Of a stretch of DNA of 64,000 nucleotides, positions 48,921-59,151 are shown one piece after another (position 1 is the first letter of the stretch; every line of letters begins with the position of its first letter). The stretch comes from a virus: positions 32,001 through 96,000 of the IMG/VR virus record IMGVR_UViG_3300007735_000798, one strand, 5' to 3'. A program made the position numbers and the translations under genes. The notes below the pieces were generated by a model, which worked only from the letters and a program-made list of their open reading frames with translations, made no database searches and had not been told where the DNA came from.

Positions 48921-50822
48921 TTAGATTAATTCTGCAACAAATGTAGTATTCTTTTTTACAATATTTTCTGGCGCAATTATATCAAAATAAGCTTTTACAC
49001 CCCAATTTCCTAGCATAAGTGTTGTATAGTTATCTTTTCTAGCCCTATTTACACTGGTAGATTTTCTTAAATGTGATGGTAAGTCAAAACTTTGAGTACC
49101 TCTAGAAGTAGTGCTAACCTCTACATTTGCACATTGATCTTTGGTGTCTTGAACTATAAAATCTTGTTGTTCAATAAATTCTCTTACAGTTAATTTTTTA
49201 GTTTCATATTCATTATCAGCTTTATCGCCAATTCCTCTAGGATAAATATATTCCATAGGTAAATTCATAGTAAAAATATTTTCTAAAATATCAGGATGGT
49301 TACTAGCTCTAGAGGCAAACCATATTTTTTTATGGTCTATACAAGTTTGTAAATATGAATTTGCGCGCCCTAAGAAAAAACTTGTAAAATATTGTTTAAT
49401 ACAAATTGTTCCAAAATCTTTATTATATTGTCGAGCGCAATCTTTTAACATTTTATTATAATCTTCATTTTCTTTATCTGAATCGAAATCTACAAAACCA
49501 ATTTTGCGATTCATATCTTTAAAAAATTGAGAATTATTAACCGCATCAATAAAAGTATCGGCTCCCGCATGGTCAATAATAATTAGTGCAATATTAAAGT
49601 TTTTATATAAATAATAAAAATATTTTATATGATCTTGCAATGAAGATCCAGCAGCCTGGTAACCATGAACTAAAACACCTTGTTTCTTTTCTTCATCTAG
49701 TTCAATAACACTCATCGCAAAATAGTCAGCAACCTTTGAAGAAGAAAAGTTGGGGTCAATAGATAAAATATATTTTTTATCACTATCTCCAATTACTTTT
49801 GTTGTAGGATATTCTCCATCTGGAATTGTACACATATGCATCTTTTTAGGGGAAAAATAACTATCTCCACCATCAATAAAACGAGCACAATATTCTCTTA
49901 AAAACGAATGATGCGAACTTCCACCACTTTTAGCCACTTGAATTGCGGCTTGATCTACCATATGGCTAGGTAAAGCTTCATAGCCTAATTGTGAAACAAA
50001 ATAAGTACCAGGAAGTTCTCCTTCTTTAGTCTCTTGTTCTTCTGGGTGTTCTATCAAATGTGACCATTGTTGATAAACACGAAATAAATGTTCAAATGTA
50101 TAACTTGCAGAACTAAGAGCTAACATCTGAGAAGTATTTTCAAAGATTTGTTTATTATCAGGATGTAGTAACCCCTTTTTAATTAATTCATCTTCTAATT
50201 TTCTAATACGAATTCTTTCGCCTACGTCACGAGGAGAACTTAAAAATGGAATTAATACATTATCAATAATATCTGGAGGTAAAAGTAAAAACTCATCAAG
50301 AATAAGGACGTTCGCTCGAATACCACGAATTTTTTCACCAGTTAATGGGATAGCCGTAATACTGCCACCATTTACTTCCCATTCGTATTGGTCATTTCGT
50401 TTACTTTTTAAACCAAAACATTGACGAGCCAAAGCGGCTTGTGGAGAACTCAAAAATTTTTCAATTTCATTAAATACACGACGACTTGTACGAAAGTTAA
50501 TTGATGCAATAAGAATTTTAGTTCCTGGCTCAAAAATACATTTTAAAATACAATAAATAGCCGCACAAAAACTTTTTGCACAACCACGACCCCATACAAG
50601 CATGCAATAATTTCTATTAAAAAAGGAATTAATTGTTAGTTCTTGATACGATTCTAGATTTAAACCCAAAGCTAAATCAGTTGTAAAACCAAGATTATAA
50701 CGTAAAAATTTTGCAAGAGATACTCTTGCTTCTTGATCTGTTAAATCTCCTTTTAATTCTAAAAGATTGTCATTAACAGAAACAAGTTCTTTTTTATTTT
50801 GAGATCCTACGATAAGAGCCAT
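48921..50822 (-). CDS. terL: Terminase large subunit
   Basis: Walker A-like WGRGCAKS, IRGIRANVLILDE Walker B, SSA motif, FLREYCARF, nuclease LSIDPN..DYFA..KDNY. Confidence 0.9.
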   Translation of the reverse strand: MALIVGSQNKKELVSVNDNLLELKGDLTDQEARVSLAKFLRYNLGFTTDLALGLNLESYQELTINSFFNRNYCMLVWGRGCAKSFCAAIYCILKCIFEPGTKILIASINFRTSRRVFNEIEKFLSSPQAALARQCFGLKSKRNDQYEWEVNGGSITAIPLTGEKIRGIRANVLILDEFLLLPPDIIDNVLIPFLSSPRDVGERIRIRKLEDELIKKGLLHPDNKQIFENTSQMLALSSASYTFEHLFRVYQQWSHLIEHPEEQETKEGELPGTYFVSQLGYEALPSHMVDQAAIQVAKSGGSSHHSFLREYCARFIDGGDSYFSPKKMHMCTIPDGEYPTTKVIGDSDKKYILSIDPNFSSSKVADYFAMSVIELDEEKKQGVLVHGYQAAGSSLQDHIKYFYYLYKNFNIALIIIDHAGADTFIDAVNNSQFFKDMNRKIGFVDFDSDKENEDYNKMLKDCARQYNKDFGTICIKQYFTSFFLGRANSYLQTCIDHKKIWFASRASNHPDILENIFTMNLPMEYIYPRGIGDKADNEYETKKLTVREFIEQQDFIVQDTKDQCANVEVSTTSRGTQSFDLPSHLRKSTSVNRARKDNYTTLMLGNWGVKAYFDIIAPENIVKKNTTFVAELI

Positions 50823-51742
50823 TTTGTATCGAAATAATATTGTAAATCAATTTTACAAGCTTCTTCATTCATTGCTAATATATGTAATGTTTTATTTTTA
50901 GCATCTTCACGATTATCACAAAAAACAAATTGTAAATTATCATATGATCTTAATAATTTACGCATATTATGTGCAATAAATTCCCCAGACGCTTTTCCAA
51001 ACTTTTGTTTTTGATACATCATATTATTAAGTGTAGATTCTACTACTACAACAATATAACCTTCAAGTTTTTTAGCTTTTTCAATTTCGCGTTCAAATCT
51101 TTCACGACCACCACTTAAAGTTCCATAAAGATCACTTAAACTTTTACGCTCAATAGCTAATTTATTATTAGGGTGTAAAGAATAATCTCCATATTCTAAC
51201 TTAGATTCTATTAATGTATATTTTTCAAACTTAAATGGTTTTTGTTCTCTGGAATCTACAATAATTTGTGGTATTGCTGTATATGGAATCTCTACTGGAA
51301 TTTTATAATTAAATCTAGAATGTAATTCAATTTTCTGACATAAGTCGTTATAAGATATTCCAGAAAATGCCTCCATTGCGCTTACTGGCAATAAACAATT
51401 AATACTTTGACATTCCACCTGAGATGGTGCAATAGTTAGATTTTTTAAATTACAATATTGTATTAATTTACTTTTAAAATAGTCTATACACTCTTCTTTG
51501 GATAGGGTTTTTAACCAATTTTTATAATTTTTTTTATCAATAAAATCGCATGTTATATATTGATCAAAAGATTTATATTCTATTTTTTTACCATTAAAAC
51601 GATCAATTCGTTTGATCCATGTTTCAAAATAAGTTTTAGCTGATAATTTATGATAATATCTTAAATGTTTTTGAAGTTCGGCAAAATAATTAAATTCTTC
51701 GCCACAAACTTTACATTTTAAATATATTTTATTCTTATCCAT
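50807..51742 (-). CDS. C2H2 zinc finger plus ERCC4 (XPF/Mus81)-type nuclease
   Basis: CKVC..HLRYYH; IIVDSREQKP, GDYS, IERKSLSDL. Confidence 0.85.
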   Translation of the reverse strand: MDKNKIYLKCKVCGEEFNYFAELQKHLRYYHKLSAKTYFETWIKRIDRFNGKKIEYKSFDQYITCDFIDKKNYKNWLKTLSKEECIDYFKSKLIQYCNLKNLTIAPSQVECQSINCLLPVSAMEAFSGISYNDLCQKIELHSRFNYKIPVEIPYTAIPQIIVDSREQKPFKFEKYTLIESKLEYGDYSLHPNNKLAIERKSLSDLYGTLSGGRERFEREIEKAKKLEGYIVVVVESTLNNMMYQKQKFGKASGEFIAHNMRKLLRSYDNLQFVFCDNREDAKNKTLHILAMNEEACKIDLQYYFDTKWLLS

Positions 51743-51753
51743 AATATATTATA

Positions 51754-52857
51754 TTATCCATGAACCATTTCATCAATATCAATTCCACGAATGACAGCTT
51801 TTAGTTCATCCATGGAAGAGAGTCGTTTCGCCTCTTCTTCAAGATTTTGTTTTTGTGCTTCCGCCAAATTGATAATACTTTTTCTACGCTCTTCGTCTTT
51901 CCATGCTTGAACAAGATTAAGAATACTAGCATTTTCCTGTTTACGTTCTTGAAGCTTTTTAGAGCGATCATCTACAAGTGATTTATATAATTTATTTTGT
52001 CTTGTTCGACATTGATTATATTCAGTTTGTAAACTACTAATAGCCTCATTAAGGCTCATTTTGATATTACGCCCTTCATCTTCTTCAGAAGCTTGCCGTA
52101 ATAATTGTCTTAAATCTTCAACTTGTTGTAAAATTGTAGAAGCCGTAACCACTTCAGTACAAAGAGTAATAAATTGATCTAGTTCTTCTTGAGTAAGATC
52201 ATCTTTATCATATGTATAACGAATAAATGCATCTTCAAACAATTTACGGTCATCATCACGACGATATGTATTAATTTGATAGCAAAAACTAAAAGTATTC
52301 AAATATCTTTGTAGCATTTCAACTTGTTTAATTTGAACAGCTTTTAATTTTTTATCTTCCCAACCCAAATTAAGATATTTATTTATTCGGAATAAAGTTT
52401 GATCCATTCTTCTTGGCGGAAAGTATTCTCCAATAGGATTATGTTCGGCTTCTTTGGGAACATATGTTGTTGTATCTAAATAAGTTGGATCTTTTTTTTG
52501 TAATTGCTCTACAAATTTATTTACCTCTCGCGCTTCAAGACTTAAATGAGTTAAATTATTATTTTTAAATAATATTTTTGCCATATCAAGATAATGTTGA
52601 TTCTTATAATTATTTTTTATAAATTCTTCATGCTCAGAAGTTAATTTAATACGATCTCTTTGAAATACGGAACGATTTTTATATTCTATATTATTATCTA
52701 ATAAAAATTGTTTTAAAATACGACCCTCTTTACTTCTACTATCAATATTTTCATTATTATAAGTATAAGCAGTAATTTCCGTTAGCGTAGCTTCAGGATT
52801 CTTTTGTAAAAACTCTTTTAATCTTTCTTGCTGTCCTAGTGTAAGAGTTTCTTCCAT
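51754..52857 (-). CDS. Hypothetical helical protein (possible terminase small subunit)
   Basis: 367 aa, N-terminal HTH-like region and C-terminal coiled coil; two genes upstream of terL. Confidence 0.4.
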   Translation of the reverse strand: MEETLTLGQQERLKEFLQKNPEATLTEITAYTYNNENIDSRSKEGRILKQFLLDNNIEYKNRSVFQRDRIKLTSEHEEFIKNNYKNQHYLDMAKILFKNNNLTHLSLEAREVNKFVEQLQKKDPTYLDTTTYVPKEAEHNPIGEYFPPRRMDQTLFRINKYLNLGWEDKKLKAVQIKQVEMLQRYLNTFSFCYQINTYRRDDDRKLFEDAFIRYTYDKDDLTQEELDQFITLCTEVVTASTILQQVEDLRQLLRQASEEDEGRNIKMSLNEAISSLQTEYNQCRTRQNKLYKSLVDDRSKKLQERKQENASILNLVQAWKDEERRKSIINLAEAQKQNLEEEAKRLSSMDELKAVIRGIDIDEMVHG

Positions 52858-53561
52858 TATAATACCTCCTTTACAACCTCTCTTGCTTTTTGTAAAATTT
52901 TAGATTTAATTTTACTAATTTGTCTATAAGCTGGACGACCTTCTTTTAAACTTAATTTATAGCCCATTTTTTTTGCAACATCTGACTCATCTAAATGCTG
53001 TAAAAACATATAATCATAAACTTTCCATTCTATATGAGATAAATTTTTTTTCATCATTTCATGAAATAATGGTATTAATTCTTCTATATTAGATATATGT
53101 TCAGTATCATGTAAAATACTTTCTAAAGTTGTTTCGGGATTATCATAATTTGGGCTATGAATACTTAAAGGAAATTTTACATCATATGCAGATTTTTTAC
53201 TTTTTTCCCATTTTTTATAATCTTTACAACTATTATTTTGGGTACCATATATTGAACATCCATATTCTCCAGTATTAAACGGACATTTTAGACATGGTCT
53301 AGAAAAATTAGAATAATGATTTCTTAACATATTCGTCATTTGGTGGTTTATAACTTGATTTAGCCAGGGCCTTAGTGGTCTTTTTGCATCCCATTTAATC
53401 CATTTTTTATGAATATGAATTCGCAATCTTTGCGCGACATCTTCAAAATCCATCCATGCTATAGCAGTTAAATGCCAACGATGTTTACGTTTTTGAATTT
53501 CAGAATTGATAATTTCAATCGATTCTTCAAAAGTTGGTCTTTCAACTTTTTTTCTTGACAT
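52857..53561 (-). CDS. RNA polymerase sigma factor (sigma70/ECF-like) with Cys4 insert
   Basis: MDFEDVAQ (region 2.2), PLRPWLNQVINHQMTNMLR (2.3-2.4), LSHIEWKVY..ESDVAKKMGY (region 4). Confidence 0.75.
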   Translation of the reverse strand: MSRKKVERPTFEESIEIINSEIQKRKHRWHLTAIAWMDFEDVAQRLRIHIHKKWIKWDAKRPLRPWLNQVINHQMTNMLRNHYSNFSRPCLKCPFNTGEYGCSIYGTQNNSCKDYKKWEKSKKSAYDVKFPLSIHSPNYDNPETTLESILHDTEHISNIEELIPLFHEMMKKNLSHIEWKVYDYMFLQHLDESDVAKKMGYKLSLKEGRPAYRQISKIKSKILQKAREVVKEVL

Positions 53562-53562
53562 A

Positions 53563-54003
53563 TTATTCTTTTGGTCTAAATAGACCAGCTTCTTTTTGAA
53601 ATTCTTCTAAAATTTGTTCTCTTGATTTAAATTCTGATTGCGTATTATTTTCCAAATTTATAGGTTTAGATGGATTTTCAATTAAAGATGCAAAAGACTC
53701 TCCTTTATTTTGATAAATATCTAATTTAAATGAGGGTTTAATATTTTTAAGATTACTAATTTTAAATTCGTTAATGGTATCTTCCTCTGGGCTATATTCA
53801 GAATTATATAAAATATCATCTTCAATATTTATTGGGTTTATATTTTTCTTTAATTTTAATTCATTTAAAAATTTATTTCTTTTATCTTCTATATTACTTG
53901 ATGTTAATTTATTAGCAAAAGATTGACCGCAAAAAGCACAAAATTTTGGTAATTCAATACCATATTGTGTTGTCTTACCACATTTGGAGCAAAAATATTT
54001 CAT
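53563..54003 (-). CDS. Zinc-ribbon protein
   Basis: FCSKCG..PKFCAFCG. Confidence 0.7.
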   Translation of the reverse strand: MKYFCSKCGKTTQYGIELPKFCAFCGQSFANKLTSSNIEDKRNKFLNELKLKKNINPINIEDDILYNSEYSPEEDTINEFKISNLKNIKPSFKLDIYQNKGESFASLIENPSKPINLENNTQSEFKSREQILEEFQKEAGLFRPKE

Positions 54004-54086
54004 ACACTAGTATTTTATAGGTTTACACAAAAAAATTCCAAAATCTCTTATATTAACTATTTATAAAATAACAGTGTAAATAACTA

Positions 54087-54677
54087 TTGATGTCGTCTTT
54101 AATCAATTCACAAGTGTTCGATATCATCAAAGAAGATATTGAATCTCTTGATGGTCGTATTATATTATTAAAAGGAAATTATTGTGGTGGTAAAAGTAAA
54201 TGTTCTGGTCTTTTTTATATGGACGCAGAAGATAATCCTGTAATTAAAGTAGCAAAAGGATCTTTAAAAGAAGAAGAATGGTTTGGCGTTTTAATTCATG
54301 AATATTGCCATTTTTTACAGTGGAGAGATAATTCGTTGCTATGGGATAATTTTTGTGATCATGATATTACTTATTCACAAATTTTATTAAAACCACAAAA
54401 ATACAAAAAAGAATTAGTTGCACTTTTTGAATTAGAAATCAATTGTGAAAAATTAGCAGTAAAAATTATAAAAAATAATAATTTATTTGATCATAAATAT
54501 TATGCTCGAACAGCTAATAGCATATTATATAAATATGCAATGTTATATAAATACGATAAGTGGCCAGAAGATAACAGGAAATATAAAAAAGTAGAAGAAT
54601 TTTGCCCTAATAAAATTTTAAAGTCTTACAAAGAATATTTAAATATTCCAGAAAAAATTTATAATTATTATAAATAA
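54087..54677 (+). CDS. Putative zincin metallopeptidase (HExxH)
   Basis: VLIHEYCHFLQW..ELEINCE. Confidence 0.65.
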   Translation: MMSSLINSQVFDIIKEDIESLDGRIILLKGNYCGGKSKCSGLFYMDAEDNPVIKVAKGSLKEEEWFGVLIHEYCHFLQWRDNSLLWDNFCDHDITYSQILLKPQKYKKELVALFELEINCEKLAVKIIKNNNLFDHKYYARTANSILYKYAMLYKYDKWPEDNRKYKKVEEFCPNKILKSYKEYLNIPEKIYNYYK

Positions 54678-55406
54678 TTATTTTTTAATATTTTCAAATT
54701 GGTCAATTATATAAGAAAGAATTTCAGAACGTACAATATCTTCTTTACCGAATTCAAATGTATAAATTCCATGTTGTTTCGCTTCTTCATTATCAAACAT
54801 ATTAAATACTTTATTAAATCCACTTTGTTTAATATCTGACTGTTGCGCATCACCGCATATAAATAATGTAGAGAATTTAGCCATACGAGTCATTACAAGA
54901 AGAAAATCTTCTATACGACAATTTTGGGCCTCATCTAAAATAAAACTTGCGTTAGAAATATTAAGTCCACGTAGAAATCCCAATGGGATGCCTACAATTC
55001 TTTCATCGGCCATTAATGCTTTAACATGTGGTTCTATTAATAATTCGTTTAATTTATCAACCATTGGATGTGTATAAGGCGACATCTTTTCTTCAGAAGT
55101 CCCTTTAATATAACCTATTCCATGAATAGAAGCCTCTACTGGCACGCGGCTATAATATATTTCACTTATTTTTTTATCTTTAATTTTTTGAAGTGAACAA
55201 TATACGGCAAGTAAAGTTTTACTTGTACCAGCGACTCCTTTAGTAATAATTACTTTTGTATTTTTGTCACTAGCAAGTTTAATAAACTCTTTTTGTTTAT
55301 CTGTCCATGGAAGTTCTCTAATATTGAGATCAATATTAATTAATTTTGTTTTTTTCTTCTCCGTATATGGAGAAACGTCACGAGGTTTTTCTTTTTTAGA
55401 CTTCAT
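54678..55406 (-). CDS. phoH: PhoH-family ATPase
   Basis: GVAGTSKT, GYIKGT.EEKM.PY, FLRG, ILDEAQN, TR, CGD.QQSD, DIVRS. Confidence 0.92.
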   Translation of the reverse strand: MKSKKEKPRDVSPYTEKKKTKLINIDLNIRELPWTDKQKEFIKLASDKNTKVIITKGVAGTSKTLLAVYCSLQKIKDKKISEIYYSRVPVEASIHGIGYIKGTSEEKMSPYTHPMVDKLNELLIEPHVKALMADERIVGIPLGFLRGLNISNASFILDEAQNCRIEDFLLVMTRMAKFSTLFICGDAQQSDIKQSGFNKVFNMFDNEEAKQHGIYTFEFGKEDIVRSEILSYIIDQFENIKK

Positions 55407-55512
55407 GAAAGAACACTTATATTTACACTATATTCATAATAGACACTTTTTATTTCATTTTTTAAAAAAAATTTTTGAACATATTTTAATATATTGAGTC
55501 TAATATCGCACT

Positions 55513-55920
55513 ATGAATATTAATACAACTTTAATTCCAAAATTAACTGGAAACAATACATGGTCATTTATTGATACTATAGATAGTATGTTACCACCAT
55601 CTTTTTCTAATGTATTTGATATTGTTACAAGTCCATCATATAGTTTTTCCAATACGATTGGATTTAAAGAATCGCAAAAAGATTCTTTTAACTTAGAAAT
55701 TGAACTACCGCGTTTTCGTAAAGAAAATATTAAACTTTCTACTGAAAATAATGTTTTACATATTAGTGCTGAACAAGATAATCTTAAATTTTATCATTCA
55801 GTCAGTATTCCTTCAACTTTAGATACAAATACAATTAATGCCAAATTAGACCATGGAGTTCTTTTAATATCAGCTAACAAATCCGAACAAGCAAAATCAA
55901 AACAAATTATGATTGATTAA
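55513..55920 (+). CDS. Small heat-shock protein (Hsp20/alpha-crystallin)
   Basis: LEIELPRFRKENIK..I.AKLDHGVLLI. Confidence 0.85.
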   Translation: MNINTTLIPKLTGNNTWSFIDTIDSMLPPSFSNVFDIVTSPSYSFSNTIGFKESQKDSFNLEIELPRFRKENIKLSTENNVLHISAEQDNLKFYHSVSIPSTLDTNTINAKLDHGVLLISANKSEQAKSKQIMID

Positions 55921-56182
55921 TTATTTCAGAATATTCAGATTCATTAATTTCTATTAATTGCTCTATATAATTTTGAATAAGCTCATCATTATAAATAAAA
56001 TCTATTAATACAAAATAAGCATAATTATTATTAATAATTTGTGGGATTGGATCAATAATGTATTGCGCTTTATTATTGCTAATATATTTATTATATAAAG
56101 TATCATTTATACCCGCTTGTAAACCATCATAAGATTGTAAATTTATTTTATAAAATTTATGCATTAGTTGCTCACCCCCCAT
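55907..56182 (-). CDS. Hypothetical protein
   Basis: ORF coupled to 56164..56961; the true start is probably the internal Met (MHKFY). Confidence 0.5.
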   Translation of the reverse strand: MGGEQLMHKFYKINLQSYDGLQAGINDTLYNKYISNNKAQYIIDPIPQIINNNYAYFVLIDFIYNDELIQNYIEQLIEINESEYSEIINQS

Positions 56183-56961
56183 TTATTTGATAAATATTTG
56201 ATAATTTTATTTCTTTCTGTTTCTGCATGTACAGAACCAGTATAAATTAATATTTCATAAATTGAGCCATATAAAGGAGAAGTTGCCGCTGCAAGGTTAT
56301 GTGATCCAATTATCATATTAGTTAGACTACTTGTGTTCATTGTAGCACTTAAAGATTGAAAATTATTTCCTCTTCCCAAGATTTGAGAAGTTGAACCAGA
56401 AAATATTGCATAAATAATATTTTTTCCACCTGACATGGTTATATTTGAAATAGTAGATGTGGTGGCATTTTTTACACCAAGTTTTGAACCAGTATTTACT
56501 GTAAAAGTATATCGAGTTTGAGTAGAAATATCCGAAGGCCCTTGTTTAATAATTGCGGCTGGATTTATTGAGTTATTTCCAGATAAAATTGTTTGCGTGG
56601 CTACATAATAATTTAATGGACTGTTTAAAATATTAATATTTCCAGTTAAAATATTTATACCAGAAAATTTTACAGCATTATTTATATATCTTGGCTGAAA
56701 AGATGGATTTCCATGGCTTAAGTTTGTTCCATTATTAATTTTATTTTCCCATAATGCTATTAAATCATTTTCTTGAGAGGGGATTCCCGTGTAAGTTTGA
56801 TATACTCCATAATCACTACTATACCATGAGAAAAGATATGGTAAATCAGTTGGAATAAAATCCCGCTGAAAAATAATTGAATTAGTATATATTCCAGTAG
56901 CAGAACCAGATCCAAAAATTAAATTTCCAAAATCGGTATTATTAATTCCTATAAAATTCAT
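56164..56961 (-). CDS. LamG/concanavalin-like virion accessory protein
   Basis: LFSWYSSD..LWENK..P.Y..G.IYEILIY..IIKYLSNKWG. Confidence 0.65.
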   Translation of the reverse strand: MNFIGINNTDFGNLIFGSGSATGIYTNSIIFQRDFIPTDLPYLFSWYSSDYGVYQTYTGIPSQENDLIALWENKINNGTNLSHGNPSFQPRYINNAVKFSGINILTGNINILNSPLNYYVATQTILSGNNSINPAAIIKQGPSDISTQTRYTFTVNTGSKLGVKNATTSTISNITMSGGKNIIYAIFSGSTSQILGRGNNFQSLSATMNTSSLTNMIIGSHNLAAATSPLYGSIYEILIYTGSVHAETERNKIIKYLSNKWGVSN

Positions 56962-57005
56962 TAGTATATAATATTACACAAATAAAAAATAATATAAATA
57001 AAAAT

Positions 57006-57035
57006 AAAACCCCCTCTATTGCTAGAAGGGGTTTT
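57006..57035. terminator. Hairpin terminator (possibly bidirectional)
   Basis: AAAACCCCCTCTA-TTGC-TAGAAGGGGTTTT. Confidence 0.75.
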
Positions 57036-57039
57036 TAAT

Positions 57040-57276
57040 TTAAAACAGGCTTGTAAAGGCCATAGGGTTTTTTGCGATTGCTTCCAAATAAACTCTATAA
57101 GATTTCTTATAAGATCTAAATAATCGTTTAAAATAATATCTGGCCAAACGAAATAATCCGAAATAAGTGTCAACGACTTCTTTCAAATCTTCCCGCTTTA
57201 TCGTGCCGACATAACCGACATAACCATAAGGACCATACACAATTCCCTGTTGGGATGTATGATAACTTTCTTTCAT
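57040..57276 (-). CDS. Hypothetical 78-aa protein
   Basis: Strong SD (GAAAGGAGG-TATA-ATG), CTGTAA motif upstream, terminator downstream. Confidence 0.65.
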   Translation of the reverse strand: MKESYHTSQQGIVYGPYGYVGYVGTIKREDLKEVVDTYFGLFRLARYYFKRLFRSYKKSYRVYLEAIAKNPMAFTSLF

Positions 57277-57343
57277 TATACCTCCTTTCCATACTATATA
57301 TTACAGCAAAAAAGGTGCCAAGATTGTTACAATATTGTCAAAT

Positions 57344-58678
57344 TTATCTAGTTTCGCGCCACTGCATTCCAGCAAGAACGTCTGTGGTATTTCCAGGCCC
57401 AGAAGCAAAATTTTTAAATACTATTGCAAATATATTACTGTCAGTACTATCAATATTTTGACTTATATAACCACGTTTGGCAGCAGATGCATCTGCAATA
57501 CTTGCAGTCCCAGCAGTTGTATTTCCAACCCCAATGCCGCCAGCTGTTAAAAATCCAACATCAAACATTAACCCCCCAGATGTACTATAACCAGTAGCAT
57601 TGATATTATATTCAATAACACTTGCATCATCAGCACTTACCCAAGATCCACCAATTAATGAAGCGCCACTAGGTAAACGCCAAAATTCATAACTACATAA
57701 TTGATCTTTACTATATAATTCTGTGCTACCAAGTCTTACAATACTACGATTTGGTTCGCCTTGGTATCCAGTTTTTAGTCTTATTGCCATAACTGGCATT
57801 GTATTACCAGCTGTTATATTTCTATAACCAGTACTTCTGATTGAGAAATCAACACCCGCTTCTTTATATCCACCTTCACTAATTACAGTGGCACAAATTT
57901 GATCCATCTGTCCACTACCAGTTGGAGCGCCATAATTTCTAAGTTCACACCGTATTGGTAAATTAGGATTACTCCAGTATACATTATCTTTTATATTACT
58001 ATTATAAAATTGATGAGCAACAATAAGCTGCCCTTCGTGGACAAATCCAGCGCGAACAGTTCCTACTCCAAGCCACTCATAATCTGCATAAAATAATTGC
58101 GTTTTAGTTGTATCTAAATTAAAATATGAAGGGGCCGCGCCATTACATTTATCATTATTCCATTGTGATTGTGGAATAATATCATCATAAGTATATCCAG
58201 AAACACTACTTCTAAGAATCATTGATAGAGTACCATCGCCACTTTGTTGAAAAAATATTCCATTTTTGTCATCAAATAGTCCAACACTTTTATTTGTTCC
58301 AGAACGCGGCGCGCGAAAATTAAAACTTTGAAAACTTAATTGACTTTTTCCAGGCATGTAGTGGTGATACATACGACTTTGATGTATGACAAAATCATTA
58401 CTTCCACTACCTATATTTAAAACTGCTTTAGCTTTTTTAATATCAAAAGATATTGAAGAAATATTACCACTAGTTTTAGTTAATAATTCTGTTTCTTCTC
58501 CATAAACATGGCTATAATCGGCAAGAGTGAACGGGTCACTCGTTCTCATGCGACCAAATGCATCAATTAAAACTGGTTGTAGTGTTGCAGATAAACTGGG
58601 ATTTACAATATTAACATTTACTGGAGTATTTCCACCTTCTTGTTCTATCTGTGTGATATTTGTTATCATGCGTATCAA
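57344..58678 (-). CDS. Conserved phage structural/lectin-like protein
   Basis: IDAFGRMRTSDP..QSRMYHHYMPGKS..DYEWLGVGTVRAG..PNLPIRCE; the start may be the ATG at 58669. Confidence 0.6.
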   Translation of the reverse strand: MIRMITNITQIEQEGGNTPVNVNIVNPSLSATLQPVLIDAFGRMRTSDPFTLADYSHVYGEETELLTKTSGNISSISFDIKKAKAVLNIGSGSNDFVIHQSRMYHHYMPGKSQLSFQSFNFRAPRSGTNKSVGLFDDKNGIFFQQSGDGTLSMILRSSVSGYTYDDIIPQSQWNNDKCNGAAPSYFNLDTTKTQLFYADYEWLGVGTVRAGFVHEGQLIVAHQFYNSNIKDNVYWSNPNLPIRCELRNYGAPTGSGQMDQICATVISEGGYKEAGVDFSIRSTGYRNITAGNTMPVMAIRLKTGYQGEPNRSIVRLGSTELYSKDQLCSYEFWRLPSGASLIGGSWVSADDASVIEYNINATGYSTSGGLMFDVGFLTAGGIGVGNTTAGTASIADASAAKRGYISQNIDSTDSNIFAIVFKNFASGPGNTTDVLAGMQWRETR

Positions 58679-58699
58679 TTATCATATTACACGCGAATT

Positions 58700-59100
58700 A
58701 TCTAGTTAGGATTAAATTAAAATTATAGGAAAAATACCCTCCACCGATTTTTTTATTTTGATTCTTTTATTATTTATTCATTTACTCTTAAAGTTTTAGA
58801 AATGGGTAGGGGGGTATACATATACAAATACAGAGAAATCTATACATTATTACTAGAATATATATAGAAAGAATATATGAATAAGAGCGATTAAATTTAA
58901 ATTAATTAATATAAATTATTCTCTTTCTATAATATATAGAATAGAATATATTATAATAGAATGGGTTAAAATAAAGATATTAAAATAAATATTCAGGAGA
59001 TTGAAAATGGACCCCTCCCCCACCCTAAAATTAAAACACTCGTTCGTTTTTTTCAAAAAGTGGGGGGGGACTAGGCTTTTTAAACAAAAAAAAGTTCAAA
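58700..59100. other. Non-coding divergence region with G/C homopolymer tracts (candidate genome terminus/pac/origin)
   Basis: No ORF; AT-rich with TACCCTCCACC, GGGTAGGGGGGTATAC, CCCCTCCCCCACCC, GTGGGGGGGG; coincides with the strand and composition switch. Confidence 0.4.
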
Positions 59101-59117
59101 AATCTTAAAAAAATCCC

Positions 59118-59145
59118 TTGCTTTTTGGCGCATCTGTGGTATCTT
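59118..59145 (+). promoter_or_regulatory. Extended -10 sigma70 promoter, leaderless
   Basis: TTGCTT-16nt(..TGG)-TATCTT-6nt-ATG. Confidence 0.85.
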
Positions 59146-59151
59146 GTATAC

